From contig VXRC01000025.1 in NCBI GenBank assembly GCA_009838645.1, forward strand, positions 19,173-83,172: DNA of 64,000 nt, in the 5' to 3' direction. Made by a program: the position numbers and the translations under genes. Source of the DNA: Gemmatimonadota bacterium (GTDB lineage Bacteria > JAAXHH01). Numbering within the stretch: position 1 is the stretch's first letter; every line of letters starts with the position of its first letter. Positions 1-9,285 of this stretch are shown one piece after another. The notes below the pieces were generated by a model. That model was given only the letters and a program-made list of their open reading frames with translations. It was not told the DNA's origin and made no database searches.

Positions 1-1149
1 GGGCCTGCGGGGGCCCGCCATGCTCGGCTCGACGGTGCCGAGGTCGAGCTCCAGGGCGTCGGAGAAGACCGGGTCGGGGGTGCCGGGCGTCCGGAACAGG
101 CCCTGTGCCTTTGTATAGGCTTCCGCCAGTTCGATCTCGCCTGCGTCGCGGCCGGTCAGTTCCATGTAGGACAGCGTCTCGCCGTCCACCGGAAAGAACC
201 CCACGGTGGCGCCATATTCGGGTGCCATGTTGGCGATGGTGGCCCGGTCGGGCAGGGACAGGCTGTCCAGTCCGGGACCGTAGAATTCGACGAACTTGCC
301 GACGACGCCGTGTGCCCGGAGCATCTGGGTCACCGTCAGGACCAGGTCCGTCGCCGTGGCCCCGGCCGGGAGGGCACCGGTCATCCTGAACCCCACCACG
401 GACGGGATGAGCATGGATACCGGTTGGCCGAGCATGGCCGCTTCCGCCTCGATGCCGCCCACGCCCCAGCCGACCACGCCGAGCCCGTTGATCATGGTCG
501 TATGGGAGTCCGTCCCCACCAGGGTGTCGGGATAGGCGATCGATTCGCCGTCCCGCTCCCGGGCGAAGACCACCTTGGCCAGGTACTCGAGGTTGACCTG
601 GTGCACGATGCCCGTGCCGGGCGGGACGACGCGGAAGTTGTCGAAGGCCTGCTGTCCCCACTTGAGGAAGCGGTACCGTTCCAGGTTCCGGTCGAATTCA
701 CGGTCCACGTTGGCCGCGAAAGCGCGGCGGGAACCGAACTCGTCCACCTGGACGGAGTGGTCGATGACCAGGTCCACGCCCTGCAGGGGATTGATGCGGT
801 CGGCCGCGCCGCCCAGTCTGCGGATGGCGTCCCGCATGGCGGCCAGGTCGACGACGGCCGGCACGCCCGTGAAGTCCTGCATCAGCACTCGTGCCGGCCG
901 GAAGGCGATCTCCCGTTCGGAGGATCCGCCCGCAACACTTCCGACGACCGCGGCTACGTCTTCGGCGGAAACCGACACGCCGTCTTCGTGGCGCAGCAGG
1001 TTCTCCACCATGACCTTGAGGGAAAAGGGAAGGCGCGAAATGTCTCCGGCGCCGCCTTCCTCGGCCCTGGAAAGCGAATAGTATATACTGGCGCTTCCGC
1101 CCACTTTCAATGCGGCGCGGGCATCGAAGCTGTTCAGGTTACGCGGCAC
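1..1149 (-). CDS. acnA: Aconitate hydratase AcnA, N-terminal part (runs off the window start)
   Basis: Manual translation from GTG at 1149 (GGGAG 9 nt upstream) gives ...[13 protein letters not shown]...[21 protein letters not shown], the typical AcnA N-terminus. Not in the ORF track because it is truncated. Confidence 0.93.
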   Translation of the reverse strand, partial: MPRNLNSFDARAALKVGGSASIYYSLSRAEEGGAGDISRLPFSLKVMVENLLRHEDGVSVSAEDVAAVVGSVAGGSSEREIAFRPARVLMQDFTGVPAVVDLAAMRDAIRRLGGAADRINPLQGVDLVIDHSVQVDEFGSRRAFAANVDREFDRNLERYRFLKWGQQAFDNFRVVPPGTGIVHQVNLEYLAKVVFARERDGESIAYPDTLVGTDSHTTMINGLGVVGWGVGGIEAEAAMLGQPVSMLIPSVVGFRMTGALPAGATATDLVLTVTQMLRAHGVVGKFVEFYGPGLDSLSLPDRATIANMAPEYGATVGFFPVDGETLSYMELTGRDAGEIELAEAYTKAQGLFRTPGTPDPVFSDALELDLGTVEPSMAGPRRP

Positions 1150-1294
1150 TGTGCCTGGCTCCCGGTCTTCGATCCATGGATTTTACAAGAATCCTCAAAC
1201 TAACGGCTTCAACCGGTCGGTGTCAAGGACATTCCCGTAGCCGGCCACGCCCGATATGCCCGTTCCATCGGGGTTCGCGACAGGTACAGATGTC

Positions 1295-1323
1295 TTGACA
1301 CCGGGTGTGCTCCGTCCTATCAT
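1295..1323 (+). promoter_or_regulatory. sigma70-type promoter for DUF1207-thrC
   Basis: TTGACA(1295-1300)-17 nt-TATCAT(1318-1323). Confidence 0.65.
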
Positions 1324-1404
1324 CGGTACGCCCTGAATCCGATATACCGGATTTCATCACGACGCGGTCCGACTGTTGTTTATCTTTCGTAACCCATTGA
1401 TATC

Positions 1405-2286
1405 ATGGTGTTTATATCCAATATCCTGCGAAGGTTCCCGTGGTTCGCCGGCATGGGCCTTCTGTATCTTGCCGTCAGCCCGGCCTTTGACGTAGCGGAT
1501 GCATCCGGCGGGACCTGGCGCTTCGCCGCCCCGCAGCAGCGGCTGTTCCGCCCGCTGCTGGCCGACCCGACCGAGGCGCGGCTGGCGGTATCGTCCAACC
1601 TGGACGACCGGCTGAACGGCGACATCGGCGGTTCCTGGGAGGCCGCCGACTATGCGTGGGACGCGGACAGCGGGCTGCGGCTTCGGACCGGGATCCATGC
1701 CGGCGTCTTCTCGAAACTGCGCCGGTCGGGAACGACCTTCCCCCTCGAGACCGCCGACTACCTGATCGGTTTCCACGCGGACCTGGGCAACGACCGGATC
1801 ACCGGGCGGTTCGAATACGCCCACGTGAGCGCCCACCTGGCCGACGGGTACGACGGTCCGGAAAAGTCCATGACCTACAGCCGGGAGTATTTCACGCTGT
1901 ACGGCGCCCGCGAGATGCGTTTTGCGCCAGGGTCCGCCATCGGTTCCGCGATCGGCTCCGCCCGCGTCTACAGCAGCCTGCGGTGGTCGAACCACGCCAT
2001 CCCGGACGTGCGGCGATGGCGGGTCCAGGGCGGCGCCGAACTAATCTTCCGGCCCCTCACGGGCGAAGGCGGCGCAACCCGGGCCTACCTAGCCTGCGAC
2101 GTGCGACTGTTCCGGGACGGGGACATCTCCATCAACCGCACGGCCCACGCGGGCCTGCTGTTTCACAACGAGGCTTCACGGGGCCTTCGTCTCGCCTTCG
2201 TATACTACGGAGGCCGCAGCGAACACGGACAGTTTCATCGCCTGGAGGACGACTACGCGGGGATCGGGCTGTTCTTCGATCTGTGA
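1405..2286 (+). CDS. DUF1207-like exported protein, probable outer-membrane beta-barrel
   Basis: Signal-like N-terminus, F+PLLADP+E.R motif, amphipathic beta strands, C-terminal GIGLFFDL. Confidence 0.65.
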   Translation: MVFISNILRRFPWFAGMGLLYLAVSPAFDVADASGGTWRFAAPQQRLFRPLLADPTEARLAVSSNLDDRLNGDIGGSWEAADYAWDADSGLRLRTGIHAGVFSKLRRSGTTFPLETADYLIGFHADLGNDRITGRFEYAHVSAHLADGYDGPEKSMTYSREYFTLYGAREMRFAPGSAIGSAIGSARVYSSLRWSNHAIPDVRRWRVQGGAELIFRPLTGEGGATRAYLACDVRLFRDGDISINRTAHAGLLFHNEASRGLRLAFVYYGGRSEHGQFHRLEDDYAGIGLFFDL

Positions 2287-2298
2287 GAACGAACGTTC

Positions 2299-3489
2299 AT
2301 GAACTTCCTCATCCACCTGGAATGCAGCGATTGCGGCAAGCGACTGCCTGCGGACCGGTTGCGAAATCTGTGCCCCGACTGCGGGCGGCCGCTGCTCGCC
2401 CGGTACGACACCGAAGTAGCAGGCAAGGCATTGACCCCGGACATCCTGGCGATGCGCGAACCGACCCTGTGGCGTTACCGCGAGATGCTCCCCGTGCAAG
2501 ACGAATCGGCCATCGTCACCCTGGGCGAGGGCGGCACGCCCCTGATGCATGCCCGGCGCCTGGGTGAACGGCTGGGCATGGACGGGCTTTACATCAAGGA
2601 CGAATCCGTCAATCCCACCGGCTCGTTCAAGGCCCGGGGCCTGGCCATGGCGGTGTCCCGCGCCCTGGAACTGGGGGCGGCATCCCTGGCCATACCCTCC
2701 GCCGGCAACGCGGCGGGCGCGCTGTCGGCCTACGGCGCCAGGGCGGGCATCCCCGTGCACGTGTTCATGCCCCGGGACACGCCCCGGCCCTTCATCGTGG
2801 AGTGCCGGGCCCACGGCGCGTCGGTGGAACTCGTAGACGGCCTGATCACGGATTGCGGCAAGCTTGTGTCCGCACGGAAAGACGCGGAAGGCTGGTTCGA
2901 CGTCTCCACCCTGAAGGAGCCCTACCGCGTGGAGGGCAAGAAGACCATGGGGTACGAACTGGCCGAACAGTGCGGATGGGTCCTGCCGGACGCGATCCTC
3001 TACCCCGCGGGGGGAGGGACCGGACTGATCGGCATGTGGAAGGCCTTCTCCGAGATGGAAGCCCTCGGGTGGATCGGGCCGGAGCGGCCCCGCATGGTCG
3101 CGGTGCAGGCCTCAGGATGCCAGCCCATCGTCCGGGCCTGGGAACAGCAGTGGCCGGACGCCCCGGAGTGGGAGAACGCCCGCACGCTCGCCAGCGGGCT
3201 GCGCGTGCCCGCCGCCGTGGGGGACAAATTGATGCTGGCCGCAATCCGGGAGAGCGGAGGAGACGCGGTGGCCGTTCCCGACGGCGACATGGTGCGCGGC
3301 GTGCGGGAGATCGGGGCCTGCGAGGGCATCTTCGCGGCGCCCGAAGGCGGCGCAGTGCTGGCCGGACTGCGAAAGTTGATCGCGCTGGGACGCATCGACC
3401 GGTCCGACCGGGTGGTGCTTTTCAATACGGGCAGCGGGCACAAGTACGTGGACAACCTGGATGCGTTGCACGGCGACCAGGACGCCTGA
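2299..3489 (+). CDS. thrC: Threonine synthase (PLP, fold type II)
   Basis: N-terminal CxxC..CxxC, TLGEGGTPL, NPTGSFKARG (PLP Lys), PSAGNAA, YPAGGGTG. Confidence 0.9.
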   Translation: MNFLIHLECSDCGKRLPADRLRNLCPDCGRPLLARYDTEVAGKALTPDILAMREPTLWRYREMLPVQDESAIVTLGEGGTPLMHARRLGERLGMDGLYIKDESVNPTGSFKARGLAMAVSRALELGAASLAIPSAGNAAGALSAYGARAGIPVHVFMPRDTPRPFIVECRAHGASVELVDGLITDCGKLVSARKDAEGWFDVSTLKEPYRVEGKKTMGYELAEQCGWVLPDAILYPAGGGTGLIGMWKAFSEMEALGWIGPERPRMVAVQASGCQPIVRAWEQQWPDAPEWENARTLASGLRVPAAVGDKLMLAAIRESGGDAVAVPDGDMVRGVREIGACEGIFAAPEGGAVLAGLRKLIALGRIDRSDRVVLFNTGSGHKYVDNLDALHGDQDA

Positions 3490-3543
3490 GGTTTTTTTCG
3501 CACCGGTTGCTAGATTGCAGTTCACGCTCCGACTACTCATTAT

Positions 3544-3579
3544 ACAGGGCCGCTGTAAATATAACAGGGCCGCTGTAAA
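3544..3579. repeat. Tandem 16-bp direct repeat (20-bp period), each unit internally palindromic
   Basis: ACAGGGCCGCTGTAAA at 3544-3559 and 3564-3579; each contains ACAG-N5-CTGT. Confidence 0.8.
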
Positions 3580-3750
3580 CTACGTTGCCCATGCGGGTTC
3601 GAATCCGTGAGGCGATAACGGGGTACGCGATCTGTTTCCGTTGACCATGGGGAAAACCCGCGTCATATTTTACCAGCGGACGGTGCCGCTGGGCTGCTTC
3701 CAACGGTCCGTATAGCCCGCACGGTCCGCGCAATCGAAGAGAAGATCACC

Positions 3751-4044
3751 ATGAAGACCAGAGTTACCGTTGTCATTGAAACTGACGGCGAACAGTTCCA
3801 TGCGTTCTGCCCTGCATTGCCCGGTATCCACAGCAATGCGCCCACGTTCGAGGAAGCCCGTGATCGGACGATACCTGCGATAGAACGGTATCTGGACTTT
3901 CTGGACGAGCAGGGAGGTCCAAATCCCGTGGGGCCGGACCTGAATATGGATGCAGGCAAGGAGATCATCCATTTCCTGCCCAGTTCAACCGAGTCGACCA
4001 TCCAAAGTGTTGAGGTACCTTGGCCGTCCTACGATCCTCGCTAG
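3751..4044 (+). CDS. HicB-family antitoxin-like protein, no adjacent hicA
   Basis: TVVIETDGEQFHAFCPALPGIHSNAPTFEEARDRTIPAIERYL matches the HicB partial RNase H fold pattern. Confidence 0.8.
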   Translation: MKTRVTVVIETDGEQFHAFCPALPGIHSNAPTFEEARDRTIPAIERYLDFLDEQGGPNPVGPDLNMDAGKEIIHFLPSSTESTIQSVEVPWPSYDPR

Positions 4045-4103
4045 CATGACGGCTCAATGAATCGTCCTTCCGGCCATCCTGCTTTCATCTCATACGGAAA
4101 AAC

Positions 4104-5354
4104 ATGCGTCGTCTTATCTTCCTGTTCGCACTGCTCTTACTACTGCCGACCCCCGCTGGCGCCCAGAAGATGCTCATCTTCATGGACCTGGAACAGCAGG
4201 ACCATCTCAAGGCCTACGGCATCGCCTTTCAGGCTCTGGAGCAGGGCTATACCGTCGAATGGCTGCTGAACTACCGCGGCGGGTCCTTCGTCATGGACCC
4301 CACGGCCGACCGCGTGCGGTCCTGCCACCTGCGGGGCGTGAGCTTCCAGGTGATCGACGGCGCGGAACTGGTCCGGATCTACGCCGAAATCGAGGAAAAC
4401 AACATGGACCGGGTGCTGCTCGAAAAAGCGCCCGAAATCGCTGTATACACCCGGCCCGACCAGCGGCCGTGGGACGATGCCGTGACCCTGGCGCTGGAAT
4501 ACGCCGAGGTGCCCTACGGCAAGATCTTCGACCAGGAGGTGCTGGACGGAACGCTAAAGCAATACGACTGGCTGCACCTGCACCACGAGGATTTCACCGG
4601 GCAGTACAGCAAGTTCTACAGCTATCACCGCACGCCATGGTACCAGCAGCAGCAGGCCACCGACGAGGCCCTGGCGCGGAGCCTCGGGTATCCCTCGGTC
4701 GCGGAGGCCAAGAAGGCCGTGGCACAGGGCATCAAGTCCTACGTGGGGAACGGCGGTTTTGTTTTCGCCATGTGCGCGGCGACGGAAACCCTGGAGATCG
4801 CGTTGGCCTCGGCCCAAACCGACATCGTGGCGCCGGAGTACGACCACACTCCCGTCGATCCGGAAGCCCAGTCCAGGCTGGACTTCGGCAAGACCTTCGC
4901 CTTCGAGAACTTCACGCTGCAGCTGAACCCGCTCGTCGGTTCCTTTTCCAACATCGACGTGAACCAGGTCAACGCCGGAAAAGTACTGACCGGACCCTTC
5001 ACCCTCTTCGATTTCTCGGCCAAGTACGACCCGGTGCCCACCATGCTCACGCAGAACCACGTAAACTACATCGCCGGCTTCTACGGCCTGTCCACTTCCT
5101 TCCACCGCGACGTGCTCAAGCGCACCGTGGTCGTCCTCGCCGAAGAAGCCGGGACCGACCACGTCAAGTACCTCCACGGCAACTACGGGATGGGGACGTT
5201 CACCTTCTACGGGGGGCACGATCCGGAGGACGAGGAGCACCTGGTGGGCGATCCGCCGACCAATCTCGCCCTCCACAAGAACTCCCCCGGTTACCGGCTC
5301 ATCCTGAACAACGTCCTCTTTCCCGCGGCCAAGAAGAAGAAGCGCAAGACCTGA
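4104..5354 (+). CDS. Conserved exported protein (family often mis-annotated as asparagine synthetase B); function unknown
   Basis: Signal peptide; IFMDxxQxDHLKAYG, WLLNYRGGSF, WLHLHHEDFTGQY, FAMCAATET, YGGHDPED and NSPGYRLILNN motifs. Confidence 0.65.
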   Translation: MRRLIFLFALLLLLPTPAGAQKMLIFMDLEQQDHLKAYGIAFQALEQGYTVEWLLNYRGGSFVMDPTADRVRSCHLRGVSFQVIDGAELVRIYAEIEENNMDRVLLEKAPEIAVYTRPDQRPWDDAVTLALEYAEVPYGKIFDQEVLDGTLKQYDWLHLHHEDFTGQYSKFYSYHRTPWYQQQQATDEALARSLGYPSVAEAKKAVAQGIKSYVGNGGFVFAMCAATETLEIALASAQTDIVAPEYDHTPVDPEAQSRLDFGKTFAFENFTLQLNPLVGSFSNIDVNQVNAGKVLTGPFTLFDFSAKYDPVPTMLTQNHVNYIAGFYGLSTSFHRDVLKRTVVVLAEEAGTDHVKYLHGNYGMGTFTFYGGHDPEDEEHLVGDPPTNLALHKNSPGYRLILNNVLFPAAKKKKRKT

Positions 5355-5450
5355 CGGCAAACCTGGCCGCACGCCTCGCGCCGGCGGGCAGAACCCGGCG
5401 GCAATCCCTGACGGCCCGCGCCACGCCGGGTGAGAAAAACTCAAAAACTC

Positions 5451-5479
5451 TTGCAGGCCGGCGCCGCATCAGGTATAAT
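5451..5479 (+). promoter_or_regulatory. Strong sigma70-type promoter of the putative 6S RNA
   Basis: TTGCAG(5451-5456)-17 nt-TATAAT(5474-5479); predicted start ~5486 coincides with the 5' end of the RNA closing stem. Confidence 0.8.
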
Positions 5480-5485
5480 GATGGT

Positions 5486-5666
5486 TACCTCACACAGGTT
5501 TCCAGCAAAGTCATTTTAAAAGAACCTTTGCTATACCATAGGGAATCCTGCTCCGGGTATCGATGGCATGCCTCACCAGAACGGAGGACGTCAGAACTGC
5601 CCGGGGGGACAACCACTGTTCCGAACAGGTTCTCCTAAAAATACTTATGCTCGCCTGTGTGGGGTA
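5486..5666 (+). ncRNA. ssrS: Probable 6S RNA
   Basis: ~181-nt rod: 5486-5498 pairs 5654-5666 (13 bp, one G-U), 5504-5511 pairs 5643-5651, AGAACCT 5521-5527 pairs AGGTTCT 5627-5633, then a central bubble and stem 5551-5559/5598-5606; followed by a T-run. Confidence 0.72.
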
Positions 5667-5802
5667 TTTTATTGCCTGGACGCGACCGTGGGGCGTCGAC
5701 CGTGAAGCGTGATGTTCCCGTCCTTCGCGGCCTGCTCTTCCCGGTCCGCCCGGCCCGCCTGGCTCACCCCGCCTTGCAGATGATTTCAGTACAAGAACCC
5801 CC

Positions 5803-6624
5803 ATGCTCCAGAACCTGACGCTGGGACAGTACTATCCCGGCGAGTCTTCCATTCACCGGCTGGACCCGCGCACCAAGCTGTACGGCGCACTGGCGCTGAT
5901 GGCGGCGCTGATCTGGATAAAAACCCTGCCGCTGTTCTTCTTCATGCTGGCCGTGGTCGCGGTCCTGGTACGGGTCTCCGGCGTTCCGCTCCACCTGCCG
6001 ATGAACAACCTGAAGGCCTTCCGCCTGATCCTGATCATCACCTTCGCGGCGCATGCGTGCTTCACGCCGGGAGAAGCCGTGATCATCGCGGGATACACCG
6101 TGCCGGGGCCCACCTGGGAGGGGATGTTCCAGGGGGCGGTGTTCAGCATGCGCCTGGTGGTCATCATGCTGATCGCGGCGCTGCTGATGCTGACCACGGC
6201 GCCGTTGGACGTATCGGACGGCATCGAGCGACTGCTCAAGCCCCTGGAACGGTTCGGTCTTCCCGCCCATGAGCTGGCCATGATGATGGTCATCGCCTTG
6301 CGGTTCATCCCGACGCTGGTGGAGGAAGCGGACCGCCTGCAGAAGGCCCAGGCCGCCCGGGGCGCGGACTTCACCGGCAATCCGATCCGGCGCGTCCGGA
6401 AGATGACCGCCCTGCTGGTACCCCTCATGCTCTCGGCCTTCCGGCGGGCGGAGGAACTGGCCGTCGCCATGGAATCCCGCTGCTACCGGGGCGGCGCCGG
6501 ACGCACCCAGTTCCGTGTCATGGCCCTGGCCCGGAACGATTTCGTGGCCATCGCGGCGGTGGCGGTCCTGCTCGTCCTCGGCGCGGCCTTCAACCGCATT
6601 GGTCCCGTCGACCATCTGTTCTGA
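5803..6624 (+). CDS. ecfT: Energy-coupling factor transporter transmembrane component T
   Basis: GQYYPGES.IHRLDPRTKL N-terminus, LRFIPTL, two Ala/Ser-Arg-Gly/Cys motifs (ARG, SRC). Confidence 0.92.
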   Translation: MLQNLTLGQYYPGESSIHRLDPRTKLYGALALMAALIWIKTLPLFFFMLAVVAVLVRVSGVPLHLPMNNLKAFRLILIITFAAHACFTPGEAVIIAGYTVPGPTWEGMFQGAVFSMRLVVIMLIAALLMLTTAPLDVSDGIERLLKPLERFGLPAHELAMMMVIALRFIPTLVEEADRLQKAQAARGADFTGNPIRRVRKMTALLVPLMLSAFRRAEELAVAMESRCYRGGAGRTQFRVMALARNDFVAIAAVAVLLVLGAAFNRIGPVDHLF

Positions 6625-6660
6625 TCCGCGCTTAACCTCGCCATTCCGCCAGAATCCGCC

Positions 6661-7407
6661 ATGCGCACCCTGGTCCTCACGATCGAATACGACGGCACCG
6701 ACTTCCTCGGCTGGCAGCTCCAGCCCGAGGGGCGGACCGTTCAGGGCGTCCTGGAGGAAGCGGTGCGCACCATCCTGCGGGCCGAACTCCGGGCGACCGC
6801 GGCGGGCCGCACGGACGCCGGGGTGCACGCCACCGGGCAGGTCGTCCACTTCAGGACGGATTCGGACATGGTGGTGGACCGGCTGAAGATGGGGCTGAAC
6901 GGGGTGCTGCCGCCGGACGTGCGCGTGCTCGAAGCCACGCAGGCGCCCGATGATTTCCATGCCCGGTTCAGCGCGGTGGGACGACGGTACGTTTACCGGA
7001 TCATCCGGCGCCCGAGCGCCATGCGAAGGCACCAGGCCTGGCACGTGGCCTACCCGGTGGACGTGGACGCCATGCGCCGGGCCTGCGCTCCCCTGTTGGG
7101 CCGCCACAACTTCACTTCCTTCTGCCAGGCCACGTCGACGGCCGACGGCACGGTTTGCGAGGTGCGGGAACTGGAATGGATCGAGGCGGAGGACGAACTC
7201 CGCCTGCGTATCGAGGCGAACCGCTTTCTCCACCACATGGTGCGGACGATCGTGGGCACGGCCGTGGATATCGGACGGGGACGGTGGCCGGAGAGCGTCA
7301 TGGCGGAGATGCTTGCGGCGAAAGACCGCCGTGCCGCGGGCGCCAACGCCCCGGCCCGCGGGCTCTGCCTCGAGGCGGTGCGCTATCCTTCCGAATTCGG
7401 GATCTGA
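6661..7407 (+). CDS. truA: tRNA pseudouridine(38-40) synthase
   Basis: IEYDGTDFLGWQ, AGRTDAGVHA, FLHHMVR. Confidence 0.96.
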   Translation: MRTLVLTIEYDGTDFLGWQLQPEGRTVQGVLEEAVRTILRAELRATAAGRTDAGVHATGQVVHFRTDSDMVVDRLKMGLNGVLPPDVRVLEATQAPDDFHARFSAVGRRYVYRIIRRPSAMRRHQAWHVAYPVDVDAMRRACAPLLGRHNFTSFCQATSTADGTVCEVRELEWIEAEDELRLRIEANRFLHHMVRTIVGTAVDIGRGRWPESVMAEMLAAKDRRAAGANAPARGLCLEAVRYPSEFGI

Positions 7408-8195
7408 GGGTCGGGCGGACCAGGCGGGTCGGGCGATATCGAGCGGCGGTCCACGAACGTGTCGATCTCGTCGCATACCTTGTGCAGCACGGCGACGTCG
7501 CGCTGTTCCAGCCGCAGACTGCGGCGCAGGACGCGGCGGATGGTGCGCAGGAAGGTCTCCTCGTTCGGCGTGGACTCAAAACCGAGCCGGAGCAGCGTCT
7601 CGTGCACGCGCCGGGTAACGCGCTCCACGGCCCGGTGCTCCGCCAGGCGCACATTGGACGGGGGCGGCGCCTCGCCACTTTGGCGAAAGAGTTCGTACGC
7701 GCAGACCATGACCGACTGGGCCAGGTTTAAGGAAGGGTAGGCCGTCGCCGCGGGGATCCGGGCGATGACGTTGCAGCGCTGGAGTTCGTCGTTCAGCAGG
7801 CCGCGGTCTTCCCGGCCGAAGAGGATGCCGCAGGGCTGGCCCCGCGCCACGGCCGACAGTTCGGCGCAGGCCGCTTCAATGGGCTGTATGGGACTTAGCC
7901 AGATCCCGCGGGTGCGGTTGGTCGTGCCGACGACGAGGGCCAGATCGTTCACCGCCTCGTCCAGCGCCGGGACGACGCGGGCGTTGTCAAGGATCTCCCC
8001 GGCCCCGTGGGCCATCCAGCGGGCCTCGGCCTCGTGGCGGAATTCGACCGGATTGACCAGGACGAGGCGGGAAAGCCCCATGGTCGTCATGGCCCGGGCG
8101 ACGGCGCCGATGTTCCCCGGCACTTTCGGTTCTACGAGAATGATGTGAATGTGCGAGAAATAGTCCGGCGCGGTACTTTCCGTTCGATCGGCCAT
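7383..8195 (-). CDS. trmJ: SPOUT RNA methyltransferase, TrmJ/TrmH family
   Basis: ILVEPKVPGNIGAVARAM, FGREDRGL, SLNLAQSV; 3' end overlaps truA by 25 nt. Confidence 0.85.
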   Translation of the reverse strand: MADRTESTAPDYFSHIHIILVEPKVPGNIGAVARAMTTMGLSRLVLVNPVEFRHEAEARWMAHGAGEILDNARVVPALDEAVNDLALVVGTTNRTRGIWLSPIQPIEAACAELSAVARGQPCGILFGREDRGLLNDELQRCNVIARIPAATAYPSLNLAQSVMVCAYELFRQSGEAPPPSNVRLAEHRAVERVTRRVHETLLRLGFESTPNEETFLRTIRRVLRRSLRLEQRDVAVLHKVCDEIDTFVDRRSISPDPPGPPDPQIPNSEG

Positions 8196-8301
8196 GGGTC
8201 AGATCCGGGTCAGGTCCGAGTCAAGTCCGGGTCAGGTTCGGGCCCTGGCCAGCGTCAGGCCGGCGTCAGGCCCGGGTCCGGGCCGGCGTCAGGCCCCTGT
8301 G

Positions 8302-8469
8302 TCAGGCCCGCCCCTCCTCTTTCGACTCCAGCTCCTCCACGGCGGCCTTCAGTTCGGCGATCTCCGCCTCCAGCTTCTTTTCGCGGCCGGCGATCGTGAA
8401 GAGGTACAGGAACAGCCCGACCCATATCAGCGTGTAGGCGGAAAACAGATACCAGAAGTTCTGATCCAC
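8302..8469 (-). CDS. ccmD: CcmD-family heme exporter small subunit (55 aa; not in ORF track)
   Basis: Manual translation from GTG: MDQNFWYLFSAYTLIWVGLFLYLFTIAGREKKLEAEIAELKAAVEELESKEEGRA; TM plus charged helix, directly after ccmC. Confidence 0.82.
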   Translation of the reverse strand: MDQNFWYLFSAYTLIWVGLFLYLFTIAGREKKLEAEIAELKAAVEELESKEEGRA

Positions 8470-8527
8470 GGTTCAATCGCTCCTTTAACACGCACAGGAC
8501 GGTAGGCCCGGATCCCGTGCTGCCTTA

Positions 8528-8566
8528 CGCTCAAATTACCCGCTCAAATTACCCGTTCAAATCCCC
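8528..8566. repeat. 13-bp tandem repeat x3 containing the ccmC stop codon
   Basis: CGCTCAAATTACC CGCTCAAATTACC CGTTCAAATCCCC. Confidence 0.8.
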
Positions 8567-9285
8567 ACGCTGCCGGGATGCCGGTGCTCCACGCGCTCCC
8601 GCAGGGCCTCGGTCTCGTCGCGCAGCCGCTCCAGCGCCATCCGCCGGCTCATGAGATAGAAGAACAGGAGGGTGAAGACGACCGCCGACACGCCCAGTGC
8701 GATGCGCATGTCCACTTCCATGCCCGCGCCGAGGCCTTCCTCCGTCATGACCAGGGAGTCGGGATGCAGGCCCCGCCACCACAGGGTCGCGAAGTGGATG
8801 AAGGGGATGTCGATAGTGCCGAGAATACCCAGCACGGCAAGGAAAGTCTTCACCTGCGGCAGGTCGTCGCCGTAGACGCGCAGCATCAGGTAGGCGACGT
8901 AGATGAGCCAGAGGATCATGGAAAAAGTGAGCCGGGGGTCCCAGGTCCACCACGTGCCCCACACGGGCTTGCCCCAGATCGGCCCGGTGATCATGACGAA
9001 GCAGCAGAAGACGAACCCGACCTCCGCGGCGCTGTAGGCCACGATGTCCCACCTGCGTTCCCGCAGCCACAGGTAGATGACGCTGGAAACGCCCACCAGC
9101 ACGAAGGCGAACTCCGCGATCCAGGCGGAAGCGACGTGAAAATACATGATCCGCTGCACGTCCCCCATGACCCGCTCCCGGGGCGCCCAGATCAGCGACA
9201 GGTACAGCGAGGCGACCAGGCCCACGAGGCAGATGAGGCCGAAGGGCGAGATGCGCAGGCGGGCGGCTATGCCGGCCATATTCAT
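8557..9285 (-). CDS. ccmC: Heme chaperone/exporter CcmC
   Basis: QRIMYFHV, WWD motif GPIWGKPVWGTWWTWDPRLT, LWWRGLHP. Confidence 0.95.
   Translation of the reverse strand: MNMAGIAARLRISPFGLICLVGLVASLYLSLIWAPRERVMGDVQRIMYFHVASAWIAEFAFVLVGVSSVIYLWLRERRWDIVAYSAAEVGFVFCCFVMITGPIWGKPVWGTWWTWDPRLTFSMILWLIYVAYLMLRVYGDDLPQVKTFLAVLGILGTIDIPFIHFATLWWRGLHPDSLVMTEEGLGAGMEVDMRIALGVSAVVFTLLFFYLMSRRMALERLRDETEALRERVEHRHPGSVGI

Noticed and set aside
3544-3579. Possible CRISPR or SOS box
   Set aside because: Only two units with no spacer and no cas genes; the junction is CTGT-N7-ACAG, not the N8 LexA box.
3572-3610. tRNA-Tyr-like fragments (CTGTAAA ... GGTTCGAATCC)
   Set aside because: The T-stem does not pair properly and there is no acceptor or D stem; likely chance.
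4104-5354. Asparagine synthetase B function
   Set aside because: No N-terminal Cys Ntn domain or SGGLDS motif, and it has a signal peptide; the database-style name is not supported.
5563-5712. 49-aa ORF with a hydrophobic stretch
   Set aside because: It overlaps the extensively paired 6S-like RNA and lacks a clear RBS.
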